This document shows positions 1 through 9,221 of a stretch of DNA of 64,000 nucleotides, one piece after another; positions within the stretch are counted from its first letter, which is position 1; the number at the start of each line of letters is the position of its first letter. The stretch is from an uncultured Gemmatimonadales bacterium (GTDB lineage Bacteria > Gemmatimonadota > Gemmatimonadetes > Gemmatimonadales > GWC2-71-9), in contig CAVSQW010000008.1 of assembly GCA_963730185.1 (NCBI GenBank), forward strand, positions 480,001 through 544,000. Direction: 5' to 3'. The notes beneath the pieces were generated by a model that did no database searches, had not been told where the DNA came from, and saw only the letters and a list, made by a program, of their open reading frames with translations. The position numbers and the translations under genes are program-made.

Positions 1-222
1 GCCCGCGCCGGTCTTCATGCAGCCGAGCTCGGCGTAGGTCAAGGCGCCGAGGAGCGTGAGCAGCCCCCCGATGATCCAGACGGTGAGCGCCATCCCGGCG
101 AACTTGCCGGAGCTGGCCATCACGCCGCCCGGGGTGAGGAAGATGCCCGATCCAATCACCGTGCCCATCGTGACAACGGCGATGTCCTTGGCGGTCAGCG
201 TGCGCTTGAGATCGTCGCTCAT
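1..222 (-). CDS. APC-family amino acid permease, N-terminal part (runs off window)
   Basis: Not in the ORF track. Reverse strand from ATG 222 reads MSDDLKRTLTAKDIAVVTMGTVIGSGIFLTPGG...WIIGGLLTLLGALTYAELG, with typical APC motifs (IGSGIF, LTYAELG). Confidence 0.9.
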   Translation of the reverse strand, partial: MSDDLKRTLTAKDIAVVTMGTVIGSGIFLTPGGVMASSGKFAGMALTVWIIGGLLTLLGALTYAELGCMKTGAG

Positions 223-312
223 GTGGCTCTGGGCGTGAGGGGAGGACGCCGGAAAGGCGAAGAGGACAGGGTTGGCAGGGTCAGGAACTCTGGAGGGGGG
301 CCGGGATCGGGC

Positions 313-1035
313 TCACCACTTGCCCCGATCGCCGACCCGCTCGATCACCCGGCCGAGTCGTTCGGCCGCGTTATGCCAGTTGCGCTGGACGGCCTCCATG
401 GCCGCGTCGCCGTCGCCCCGCTCGATGGCGCCGATGATCTCGTCGTGCTCCTCGACCGAGGTCATGATCTCGCCGGCCAGGAAGCTGACGTAGAGGCGCT
501 CGTACCGCTCGGCCTGCGGCTTGACCGAATCGTGGAGCCCCTTGAGCCGGGCGCCGGCCGCCACCTCGACGTAGCGCTTGTGGAACCGCTCGTCGAGGTC
601 CCAGAGCCGGTTGTGGTCGGGCCGGCCTGACGAGGCGGTCTTGCGGAAGTCGCTGTTGATGGCGGTGAGCTCCTTGACCAGCGCCTGGCGCCGGACCCCG
701 GGCAGCCGGGCCGCCTGTCGCGCCGCCAGGCCCTCCAGCTCGCCGACGATGTCGAAGAGCTCCTCGGCATCGTCGCCCGTGAGCGGCGCCACCGTGGGGC
801 GGCTCTGCCGCATCGAGGGCGAGTCGACGATGTAGCCCTCCTGCTGGAGCCGCTGCAGCGCGCCGCGCACCGGCGTTCGGCTGACGTTGAACCGGGCGGC
901 GATGTCGGTCTCGACCAACCGACTGCCCGGCGCCAGCCGACCGTGCACGATCAGCTGACGCAACTGCTCATAGACCTGCTTGGGCCGGTCGCTCCGAGCC
1001 CGGCTCCGGGTCGCGCCGGGACGGCGCGCGGTCAT
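313..1035 (-). CDS. GntR-family transcriptional regulator (FadR/FCD subfamily)
   Basis: C-terminal part of ORF 313..1767. HTH VYEQLRQLIVHGRLAPGSRLVETDIAARFNVSRTPVRGALQRL; FCD domain DERFH...EEHDEIIGAI. ATG 1035 overlaps the upstream stop (ATGA). Confidence 0.93.
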   Translation of the reverse strand: MTARRPGATRSRARSDRPKQVYEQLRQLIVHGRLAPGSRLVETDIAARFNVSRTPVRGALQRLQQEGYIVDSPSMRQSRPTVAPLTGDDAEELFDIVGELEGLAARQAARLPGVRRQALVKELTAINSDFRKTASSGRPDHNRLWDLDERFHKRYVEVAAGARLKGLHDSVKPQAERYERLYVSFLAGEIMTSVEEHDEIIGAIERGDGDAAMEAVQRNWHNAAERLGRVIERVGDRGKW

Positions 1036-2759
1036 GGCTCCCTCCAGGCCGGACCCCGTACCAGCCGCCCCGGTTTGGCGCCGGTGTGCTTGCTGTCGCT
1101 GACCACGGCCGTGCCGTTGACGAACACCTGCTCGATGCCGACCGACAACTGGTGCGGCTTTTCGTACGTCGCCTTGTCGATCACCGTCTCGGGGTTGATC
1201 ACGATCACGTCGGCATAGGCGCCCGGACGGAGAGTGCCACGATCGCGGATGGAGAGCCGGTTGGCCACCGCGGAGGTGCCTTTCCGGATCGCCTCCTCCC
1301 AGCTGAGCACATGCTGCTCGCGGACGTAGCGGCCCAGGAGCCGGGGGTAGTTCCCGTAGGCCCGGGGGTGAGCCAAGAGTCCCAGCGCGCTGTCCGGATC
1401 CATGCCGTTGGCGTCGGTTCCCCACTTCATCCACGGCTGCTGCATCTGGAGCGGGAGATTGGCCTCGGTCATCATGTGGAAGATCGCCCCTACCTGTCCC
1501 TTCTCCGCCAGGACGATATCGAACAGCGCGTCGGCCCAATGCTTGCCCATCGCCTTGGCGATCTGTGAGAGTCGCTGGCCCTCGTACTTCATCAGGCTCG
1601 GGTCGGTCAGACCTACGACCTGGACCCCCTCCGGGCCCATCAGTTCGCAGAGCCCCTCCGAGTTGGCCTGGGGCTTGAGCATCTCCGCCTTGATCTTGGC
1701 CCGGGTCGCCGGATCCTTGAGGCGGTCGAGCAGTTTGCCGTCGGCTGAGGCCCAGGGCGGTGTGCATGCCGCCAGGGAGGTGCCGCCGGCGGTATAGAGG
1801 TACATGTCCGCCGCCACGTCCTGGCCGGCCGCCCGGGCCGAGTCGACCTTCGCGATGGCCAGCGGGATCTTGTTCCAGTTTCGGGGGCCCCCTGCCTTGA
1901 AGTGATAGATCTCGACCGGCACCCCGCCCTCGCGCCCGATGCGGAGCGCTTCGTCGATCGCTTCGAGGAGTCGATCGGCTTCGGAGCGCATGTGGGTGAT
2001 GTAGACGCCACCGAGCGGCGACATCGCCTTGGCTTCCTCGATCAGTTCGTCGGTCGAGGCGTAGCTGTCGGGCGGATAGATCAGGGCCGACGCCAGCCCG
2101 AACGCCCCGTCTTCCATCGCGTTCTTGACCACGGTGCGCATCGTGTCCAGCTCGGCCGGGGTGGCGGGCCCTTCGATCTCACCCTTGGCGTAGACCCGGA
2201 CCGTGCCGGCGCCCAGGAAGGAGCCGGCGTTCTGGGACATGCCGTGCTTCTCCATGGTCTCGAGCCAGGTCTTGAACCCGTGCTGGCCTCGGAACGTGTC
2301 CATCGCTTTCCGGAATACCGAGTCGTATCCGGCCGCGGCGGCCATGAGATGGTCGTTCACCGGCGCCGGCGTGCTGCCCTCGCCGAGGATGGCCGTGGTG
2401 ATGCCTTGAGTGACGCTGCTGACCACCCGGCCGTCCCCCACCGTGAAGGCCTGGACCGACTGCGCCTGGATGTCGATGAAGCCCGGCGCCACGATCTTGC
2501 CGGTGGCGTCGATGCGCCGGCCGGCCTGCGCGTTGGCCAGCATTCCCGGTGGCGTGATCCGGGCGATGCGTTGGCCTCGGATCCCAAGGTCGCCGTAGTA
2601 CCAGGGGTTGCCGGTGCCGTCGATGACCCTGCCACCACTGATGATGACGTCGTAGTTGGGGCCGTCGTCGGACGGCGCGCCAGGGGGAGGGCTGGGCGGC
2701 TGGCAGGCCGCGGCCAGCAGGGCGACAGCGAGCGAGGCAATCGACAAGCGATCGGCCAT
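1032..2759 (-). CDS. N-acyl-D-amino-acid deacylase family amidohydrolase, predicted lipoprotein
   Basis: GGRVIDGTG, IDATGKIVAPGFID, QGITT, THMRSE, HPRAYGNYPRLLG, DRGTLRPGAYADV; lipobox LLAAAC. Confidence 0.9.
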   Translation of the reverse strand: MADRLSIASLAVALLAAACQPPSPPPGAPSDDGPNYDVIISGGRVIDGTGNPWYYGDLGIRGQRIARITPPGMLANAQAGRRIDATGKIVAPGFIDIQAQSVQAFTVGDGRVVSSVTQGITTAILGEGSTPAPVNDHLMAAAAGYDSVFRKAMDTFRGQHGFKTWLETMEKHGMSQNAGSFLGAGTVRVYAKGEIEGPATPAELDTMRTVVKNAMEDGAFGLASALIYPPDSYASTDELIEEAKAMSPLGGVYITHMRSEADRLLEAIDEALRIGREGGVPVEIYHFKAGGPRNWNKIPLAIAKVDSARAAGQDVAADMYLYTAGGTSLAACTPPWASADGKLLDRLKDPATRAKIKAEMLKPQANSEGLCELMGPEGVQVVGLTDPSLMKYEGQRLSQIAKAMGKHWADALFDIVLAEKGQVGAIFHMMTEANLPLQMQQPWMKWGTDANGMDPDSALGLLAHPRAYGNYPRLLGRYVREQHVLSWEEAIRKGTSAVANRLSIRDRGTLRPGAYADVIVINPETVIDKATYEKPHQLSVGIEQVFVNGTAVVSDSKHTGAKPGRLVRGPAWREP

Positions 2760-2835
2760 GAGTCGGTTTCTCGAGTGACGGAATCGGTGTGCCGGGGCGT
2801 CTCGGTCAGTCTGGAGGGCCCCAGAGAGGAATAGT

Positions 2836-2873
2836 TTTGTATACAAATTACGGCTTGGACCGGCCGGCGGCAA
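2836..2873 (-). promoter_or_regulatory. sigma70 promoter (TTGCCG-N17-TAATTT) with overlapping GntR/FadR-type operator TTTGTATACAAA
   Basis: Minus strand: -35 at 2873-2868 and -10 at 2850-2845. Perfect 12-bp palindrome at 2836-2847, upstream of the deacylase-gntR-permease operon. Confidence 0.75.
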
Positions 2874-2969
2874 GACTGGGAGCCTCTTTGCCCCCTATCC
2901 TTGACACCCGGGCTCCCGCCGGGAATCCTTGACCCTCGCGCTCCGACCCTCACCGCACCCCGAACCCGC

Positions 2970-5476
2970 GTGTTTCGAACCCTCGTCCGCCTCGTCGTCG
3001 GCTTGCTCGTTCTGGGCGCCACCCTGCTGCTGGGCACGCGGGGACTCGGCGCCGTGCCGCCGCTCGGACCGTTGCTCGATCCGGCCAACGGGGTCTGGGC
3101 GGTCGCCCGCGCGGCGGCCCCGCTTCGTTCCGGGAGTCTTCGACTCGCGGGGCTCGAGCAGCCGGTGGACGTCGCGGTGGATCGGCGGGGCGTGCCGCAC
3201 ATCTACGCCGCCACCGAGCTCGACGCCTACCGGGCCCTCGGCTATCTGGTGGCTCGGGACCGCCTCTTCCAGCTCGACCTCCAGACCCGGGCCGGCGCCG
3301 GCCGCTTGAGCGAGCTCCTCGGCCCCCGCCTGCTCGAGGCAGATAGACAGGCACGACGCCTCGGTTTCACGCGGCTGGTCGAGCGAACCATGGCGGGTCT
3401 GGACACGACCTCGGCGGGCTACCGGTCGGTGGTCGCGTACGGCGAGGGCATCAACGCCTGGATCGACGGGCTCCACGCCCGTGACCTGCCGCTCGAGTAC
3501 CGCCTGATTGGCGCGCGACCCGAGCGCTGGCAGGTCCGGAACACGTACTATCTGCTCGCGCAGGATGGCCCTCACCCTCGCGTTCAACGATCCGTCCCTG
3601 CTCAAGGCGGAGGCCGCGGCCCGGGTCGGGTGGCCGGCGGCCGAGGCGCTGTTCCCGGTCAACTCGCCGCTCCAGGACCCCATCCAGCCCGATCCGGTCG
3701 ACGGGCTTCGGAAAGCGTTTGCACCGGTGCCGGGACCGGGTCCCGCCGACAGCGCGACCCGGACCCTGGCGCAGGTCGCGACCGTAGCCCGGCGCGCCTT
3801 CGGAGTGGAGCCCCCCCGGGAGTTCGGAATGGCCCTGGGCAGCAACAACTGGGCGGTGAGTCCCGCGCGGAGCGCGTCCGGGCATGCCCTGCTCGCCGGG
3901 GACCCCCATCTCGAGCTCACCCTGCCGTCGATCTGGTATCAGGCGCACCTGGTCGTCGGCGATCGGCTCGACGTCCAGGGGGTGACCTTACCCGGCGCTC
4001 CCTGGGTGATCATCGGCTTCAACCGCGACATCGCCTGGTCGTTCACCAACACCGGGTCCGACGTCAACGACTTCTACCGCGAGGCCGTCGACGACCCTCG
4101 CGCCCCGACCCGCTACCGCCTTGACGGTGCCTGGCGGCCGCTCGACCTCCGGATCGAGGCGTTCCGTGGCCCCACCGGCGAGACCCTCGCCGTCGACACG
4201 CTTCGCTTCACCCATCGGGGTCCCCTCCTCCAGGTCGACTCCAGCTGGATGTCGATGGCCTGGACGATCTACGACGGGGCCACCAGCGAGGACCAGTTCA
4301 CTGCGGCCGACCGAGCCCGGAGTGTGGCCGAGTTCCTGGAGGCGATGAAGACCTACGAGGCGCCTGCCCAGAACATGCTGGTGGCCGACCGGCGGGGAAC
4401 GATCGCGATCCGGTCGACCGGTCGGTATCCGATCCGCCCGGGGGCGGGGCGGGGGGATTTGATCCAGGACGGCACCAGCTCGGCCGCGGACTGGACCGGG
4501 ATGCTGCCGCTCGAGTTCTATCCCTTCAGCCTGAACCCCGCCCGCGGGTTTCTCTCGTCGGCCAACCAGCAGCCGGTCGACCCTGAGGTGAATGCTCACT
4601 ACCTCGGGGCCAACTGGTACGGTCCCTGGCGCGCCCTTCGGATCAACGAGCTGCTTCGGGCCGACTCGGCGGTGACCGCGGACGAGATGCGCGGCTTCCA
4701 GACCGACGCTCGGAGTGCTCGGGCCGAGCTGTTCCTGCCCTATCTGCTGGGTCAGGGCCTCGATTCGGCCGCCCTCGTGGGGGCGCCGGACCAGGTTCGA
4801 GAGGCGCGACGGCTCCTCGGGGCGTGGGATCTCCGCTATGACCGGGACGACCGTCGGGCGGTCCTGTTCGAAGCGGTGATGCGCGAGCTCGTCCGCCGGA
4901 CCTGGGACGAGCTGGCCGATCCGACCGCCCCGGCCGACTCCGCCTACCCTCGCCCCCGCCCCGGAAGACTCCGTGCTGCTGGAGCTGCTCGACCAGCCCA
5001 CCAACCCGTGGTGGGACGACCGCCGAACGGCCGGGGTGATCGAGACTCGGGAGGCGATCGTCGACTCCGCCCTGGCCGCCGGCCTGGCCGCCGCCATCCG
5101 GGACCACGGGCCGAGTGACGGACCGGGGTGGCGCTGGGGAACGGCCCACCACGCCAACATCTACCATTTGCTCCGGCTGCCCGCGCTGTCGGCCCTGAAC
5201 CTTGAGGTCAACGGCGGGCCCAGTACGTTGAGCCCCTCGAGCGGGCGCGGGGTGGCCGGCCCCAGCTGGCGCATGGTGGTGGAGCTGGGTCCCGAGATCC
5301 GGGCCTGGGCCACCTACCCCGGCGGCCAATCCGGTAACCCGGCGAGCCCTCACTATCTCGACCGCCTCCCCGACTGGCTCGCGGGGCGGCTCGACACCGT
5401 GATCACGGCCCGACGGGCCGACCAATTCCCGGCCGGCGGGTTGGAGAGCCGCGTGCACTTCGTCCCGGGACGGTGA
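2970..5476 (+). CDS. Penicillin acylase family Ntn hydrolase (peptidase S45); two apparent +1 frameshifts (~3564, ~4960)
   Basis: DRRGVPHIYA, ARDRLFQLD, catalytic GSNNWAV, GDPHL, SANQ, GPSWRMVV, YPGGQSGNPASPHY, spread over ORFs 2901, 3508 and 4973. Confidence 0.88.
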
Positions 5477-5817
5477 CCATGGCGCTGGTGCTTTGGCTGC
5501 TCGCCGCGGCCGCGGCCTTCGGGTACGGGACCCTCTGGTTGGGATGGTGGGTGGTACCCGTGCTCGGACTGGCTCTGGGCCGGCTCATTCCCCGGCGGTT
5601 CCGCCCCGTGATGGTGGTGCCGGCCGCGGCCGCCCTCGGGTGGGGGCTCCTGCTGGTCCGGGCCACCCTCGTCCCGGCGTTCGGGGCCCTGGAGCACCGC
5701 CTGTCCGCCTTGCTGCCGGCCTCGTCTGCGGCGCTGATCGGCGCCACCCTGGCGTTTCCCGCGCTCCTCGCCTGGGGCGCGGCCCTGCTGGCCCAGATCG
5801 GGCGCGATCCCGCCTGA
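5473..5817 (+). CDS. Small multi-TM membrane protein, translationally coupled to the acylase
   Basis: 114 aa, 3-4 hydrophobic segments, GTGA overlap with the upstream stop. Confidence 0.7.
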   Translation: MTMALVLWLLAAAAAFGYGTLWLGWWVVPVLGLALGRLIPRRFRPVMVVPAAAALGWGLLLVRATLVPAFGALEHRLSALLPASSAALIGATLAFPALLAWGAALLAQIGRDPA

Positions 5818-5860
5818 TCGTTACCGCAGCTCAACCCTCGTCGTTGCCCGGAGGAATCGC

Positions 5861-6763
5861 ATGCGCCGACCCCTCGTGTCGCTCGTCCTGACCCTGACCG
5901 TAGCGGCGCCGCTCGCGGCGCAGGGTGGGCAAGACACCGTGAAGATCCGGACCGTGCCGGTGGCGGGCGGAGTTTACCTGCTGATGGGGCAGGGCGGGAA
6001 CATCGGGGTCTCCACCGGCGAGGACGCCGTCTTCCTCGTCGACGACCAGTACGCCCCGTTGGCCGATCGGATCGTGGCGGCGGTTCGGGCCGTCAGCCCC
6101 GAGCCGATCAAGTTTCTGGTGAACACGCACTGGCACGGCGACCATACCGGTGGCAACGAGCACTTCGGCGCGTCGGGCGTCGTGATCGTGGCGCACGACA
6201 ACGTCCGCCATCGAATGAGCGTGGAGCAGTTCCTGGCTCGGTTCAATCAGAAGGTGCCGCCGTCGCCGAAGGCGGCCCTGCCGGTCATCACCTTCAACGA
6301 TCAGGTGACGTTCCACCTGAACGGCGACGACATCCACGTGATCCACGTTCCCAGCGCCCACACCGACGGCGACGCCATGGTGCGTTGGACCCGTGCCAAT
6401 GTGCTCCACACCGGCGACGTGTTCTTCAACGGCGGCTATCCCTTCGTGGATCTGTCGAGCGGGGGCTCGGTCGACGGAATGATCGAGGCGGTGAAGGTGG
6501 CCTTGGGGTTGGTCGACGATCAGACCCGGATCATTCCGGGGCATGGCCAGCTCGGCGGCAAGGCCGACCTGGTGGCCTACCGGGACATGCTGGTCGCGAC
6601 CCGTGACGCGGTCAAGCGGCTGGTGGATCGAGGGCAGTCCCGTGAGGCCGTGCTCGCCGCCAAGCCGACGGCCCGATGGGACGCCGAGTGGGGCCACGGA
6701 TTCATCAAGCCGGACGACTGGGTCGGGACGATCTACGACAGCTTGACGGGCGCCCAACAGTAG
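5861..6763 (+). CDS. Secreted MBL-fold metallo-hydrolase (cyclase/glyoxalase II-like)
   Basis: Signal peptide; NTHWHGDHTGGN, AHTDGD, HTGD, IPGHG; SD GGAGG. Confidence 0.92.
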   Translation: MRRPLVSLVLTLTVAAPLAAQGGQDTVKIRTVPVAGGVYLLMGQGGNIGVSTGEDAVFLVDDQYAPLADRIVAAVRAVSPEPIKFLVNTHWHGDHTGGNEHFGASGVVIVAHDNVRHRMSVEQFLARFNQKVPPSPKAALPVITFNDQVTFHLNGDDIHVIHVPSAHTDGDAMVRWTRANVLHTGDVFFNGGYPFVDLSSGGSVDGMIEAVKVALGLVDDQTRIIPGHGQLGGKADLVAYRDMLVATRDAVKRLVDRGQSREAVLAAKPTARWDAEWGHGFIKPDDWVGTIYDSLTGAQQ

Positions 6764-6792
6764 ATCGCCCCGCTCGGCCGAGCGCTGGGGAC

Positions 6793-7206
6793 CTATTGGG
6801 CTCGGGTCTTGACCAGAATCGCGCCGCCGTCGTAGCCGGTCCCGAAACGAATGCTCGCGTCGGTCGCGCTGAAGTAGCTGATCTCCTCGATCGCCAGCAC
6901 CGGGACCTGCCGGAGCGCGTCCAGCTCACCTCGCGGAACGCCGTCGACCAGGACCCGCGGATAGGGCGTGGTCCGGCCGGTCCCTCCGAGCGAGGTGGCG
7001 CCCCGGGCCCGCAGGAACTGGGGCCGGAGCCGCTGAACCACCTCGTAGGCGTTGTTGGTCTCGTTGACGATCTTCGCGATCTCCGCACGGACGATCACGT
7101 TCGGCTGCCGCTTGAACTTCTTCGCGGGCGCCGAATCCTGATTCTGAGCCCAGAGCGAACCTGGCAAGAGCAGGGCTCCGAGGGCGAACAGGGCAAGGAT
7201 TCTCAC
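6793..7206 (-). CDS. Secreted stand-alone TonB-dependent-receptor plug-like domain protein
   Basis: Signal peptide VRILALFALGALLLPGSLWA; NAYEVVQRLRP, PRVLVDG, IEEISY, A..RFG..GGAILVKTR. No beta-barrel follows. Confidence 0.7.
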   Translation of the reverse strand: MRILALFALGALLLPGSLWAQNQDSAPAKKFKRQPNVIVRAEIAKIVNETNNAYEVVQRLRPQFLRARGATSLGGTGRTTPYPRVLVDGVPRGELDALRQVPVLAIEEISYFSATDASIRFGTGYDGGAILVKTRAQ

Positions 7207-7320
7207 GGGCGCCTCCAGGCCACGGGATTGCCGCAAGATACCCAATGGTGCCGGCCTCACCAGCCGCCGATCCCGGCCACCCCCGAGGTTCCGCCGGTTC
7301 CAGCCCGGACCGCTCCGTCG

Positions 7321-7361
7321 CGGCCCGAGCCGGCGTACCCGCCTGGGGCCGGCTCGGGCCG
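7321..7361. repeat. Perfect 14-bp GC-rich inverted repeat (hairpin)
   Basis: CGGCCCGAGCCGGC (7321-7334) / GCCGGCTCGGGCCG (7348-7361), 13-nt loop, downstream of the RHH gene; no U-tract. Confidence 0.8.
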
Positions 7362-7421
7362 AGGACCGGGCCGACCGCCGCGAGCACGGCGCAGAGCAGG
7401 GAACCGTAGGCGGGCTGCACG

Positions 7422-7607
7422 CTAGCCTCCTTCACCGGACGCGGCCGGGTCGTCGGCCGGCGGCGACCGGCCGGCGTCGGTGACCGCCCGTCGCAAGAGA
7501 TACTCGATCTGACCGTTGAGGCTCCGAAGCTCGGCGCCTGCCCAGCGCTGAAGGGCATCGTGCAGCGCCGGGTCGATCCGAATCAGCACCGACTTCCGGG
7601 GCGCCAC
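7422..7607 (-). CDS. Arc-like ribbon-helix-helix DNA-binding protein
   Basis: RKSVLIRIDPALHDALQRWAGAELRSLNGQIEYLLRRAV: beta-ribbon plus RSxNxQI Arc motif. Confidence 0.85.
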   Translation of the reverse strand: MAPRKSVLIRIDPALHDALQRWAGAELRSLNGQIEYLLRRAVTDAGRSPPADDPAASGEGG

Positions 7608-7614
7608 CGGTCGC

Positions 7615-8484
7615 TCACGTGTAGAGGGTTCCGGTGTTCACGATCGGCTGCGTGCCCCGTTCGCTGCACAACACCACCAGCAGGTTGGAAACCATCGCGG
7701 CCCGCCGCTCGTCGTCGAGGTGGACGATGTCCCGCCGCGAAAGCATCTCCAGTGCATTCTCGACCATCCCGACCGCGCCCTCGACGATCTTCTGTCGCGC
7801 CGCGATGATCGCGCTGGCCTGCTGGCGCTGGAGCATCGCGTGGGCGATCTCGGCGGCGTAGGCCAGGTGGCTGATCCGGGCCTCGAGCACCTGGACGCCC
7901 GCCTTGGCGAGACGCTCCTGCACCTGGCCCATGAGCTGGTGCGAAATGTCGACCGCATTGCCGGAAAGTGAGATCTGCCCTTCCTCGTGGGCGTCATACA
8001 CGTAGCTCTGGGCCAGCACCCGGAGCGCCGCCTCGCTCTGGATCTTCACGAAGTTGTCGTAGTCATCCACCTCGAACAGGGCCTCGGCGGTGTCGACCAC
8101 CTGCCAGACCACCACCGCCCCGATCTCGATCGGATTGGAAGAGTTGTCGTTCACCTTGAGCTTGCCGGTCTCGAAGTTCCGAATCCGGACCGAGATCTTT
8201 TTCTTGATCGTGAACGGGTTGGCGAACCAGAGGCCGGCCTCCTTCACGGTGCCCACGTAGCGCCCGAAGAGGGTCAGAACCTTCGACTCGTTGGGGTAGA
8301 CCGCGAAGATCCCGGCGAGCAGCAGGGCGGCCGCCACCATCCCGACCAGCGATAGGGCGACCCCGGCCGGTTGGGCGGTCTGGGCCGATTTCGCGAACCA
8401 CCAGATCGATAGGCCCAGGAGCACGAGGGCAGCCAGCAGCACGACGAGGCCGGGGGCAGGCTTGAGCGGGCGCTCTTTGATCAT
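7615..8484 (-). CDS. SPFH/Band 7 domain membrane protein
   Basis: Two N-terminal TMs; [67 protein letters not shown]. Confidence 0.92.
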   Translation of the reverse strand: MIKERPLKPAPGLVVLLAALVLLGLSIWWFAKSAQTAQPAGVALSLVGMVAAALLLAGIFAVYPNESKVLTLFGRYVGTVKEAGLWFANPFTIKKKISVRIRNFETGKLKVNDNSSNPIEIGAVVVWQVVDTAEALFEVDDYDNFVKIQSEAALRVLAQSYVYDAHEEGQISLSGNAVDISHQLMGQVQERLAKAGVQVLEARISHLAYAAEIAHAMLQRQQASAIIAARQKIVEGAVGMVENALEMLSRRDIVHLDDERRAAMVSNLLVVLCSERGTQPIVNTGTLYT

Positions 8485-8515
8485 CGCATCCTCACTGGTT
8501 GGACACCGATTGGTC

Positions 8516-8543
8516 GATATCCATATGATATCACATAGATATC
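8516..8543. promoter_or_regulatory. Triple GATATC repeat with 11-bp period, probable RHH operator
   Basis: GATATC-CATAT-GATATC-ACATA-GATATC (8516, 8527, 8538); an AT-rich island 32 bp upstream of the SPFH start. Confidence 0.7.
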
Positions 8544-8570
8544 GCATGGTCAAGCTGCCCCGGCGGGGCC

Positions 8571-8596
8571 CGAAACGCCTTGCAACGTTTGACGTA
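8571..8596 (+). promoter_or_regulatory. ECF-type promoter CGAAAC-N16-CGTA
   Basis: Matches the SigW-like consensus TGAAAC-N16-CGTA, directly upstream of the ECF sigma gene. Confidence 0.65.
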
Positions 8597-8649
8597 CGTG
8601 AGGGATCGAAATGCCGGTATCACAACCGGATAGACCGTTGATTCAGACC

Positions 8650-9210
8650 GTGAGTGTTCCCTTGGCCCGACCGATCGCGCCGCGGCGCGCCGCCGACGCC
8701 GATCTGAGTGACGTCGCCCTGGCGAGCCGGGGCGACGCGGAGGCCTTCGAGCGGCTCTACCGGCGCCACGTGGCACGGGTGGCATCGCTGGCCCGTTGGC
8801 TGATCGGCGTCGAGGACGTGGACGACGCCGTCCAGGACGTCTTCATCCGCGTCTGGCAGAAAATCGATACCTTCGCGGGGCAGAGCGCGTTCGCCACCTG
8901 GCTGCACCGCGTTGCCGTGAACCTCCTGCTCCGCCGTCGCCAGAACCTGGGCCGCGATCGAGCCCGGCATGTCGCCGATCCCACCCTGGCGGAGACTCGG
9001 GCGGCGCGGCCGTCGGATCCGGGACTCAAGGTGGCGTTGGAGCGGGCCGTGGACCAGCTGCCTGCCGGGGCGCGCGAGGTCTTCGTGCTCCACGACGTCG
9101 AGGGCTTCAAGCACGAGGAAATCGGGGGGATGCTCGGTATCGACGCCGGGACCTCCCGCTCGCAGTTGCATCGCGCCCGGATGCTGCTTCGGCAGCAGCT
9201 GACGGCGTGA
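8650..9210 (+). CDS. ECF RNA polymerase sigma factor
   Basis: GDAEAFERLY, DAVQDVF, FATWLHRVAVN, LP..AREVFVLHDVEGFKHEEIG..GTSRSQLHRAR. Start uncertain (GTG 8650 or ATG 8611). Confidence 0.93.
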   Translation: MSVPLARPIAPRRAADADLSDVALASRGDAEAFERLYRRHVARVASLARWLIGVEDVDDAVQDVFIRVWQKIDTFAGQSAFATWLHRVAVNLLLRRRQNLGRDRARHVADPTLAETRAARPSDPGLKVALERAVDQLPAGAREVFVLHDVEGFKHEEIGGMLGIDAGTSRSQLHRARMLLRQQLTA

Positions 9211-9221
9211 GGGGAGGCGTC

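Noticed and set aside
5861..6763. Calling the MBL-fold protein a true metallo-beta-lactamase resistance gene
   Set aside because: HxHxDH is shared by the whole superfamily; the B1 Cys ligand is absent (HTGDVFF) and the sequence looks like the cyclase-like group.
7422..7607. RHH gene as the antitoxin of a toxin-antitoxin pair
   Set aside because: No adjacent toxin-like ORF; the partner is an SPFH protein.
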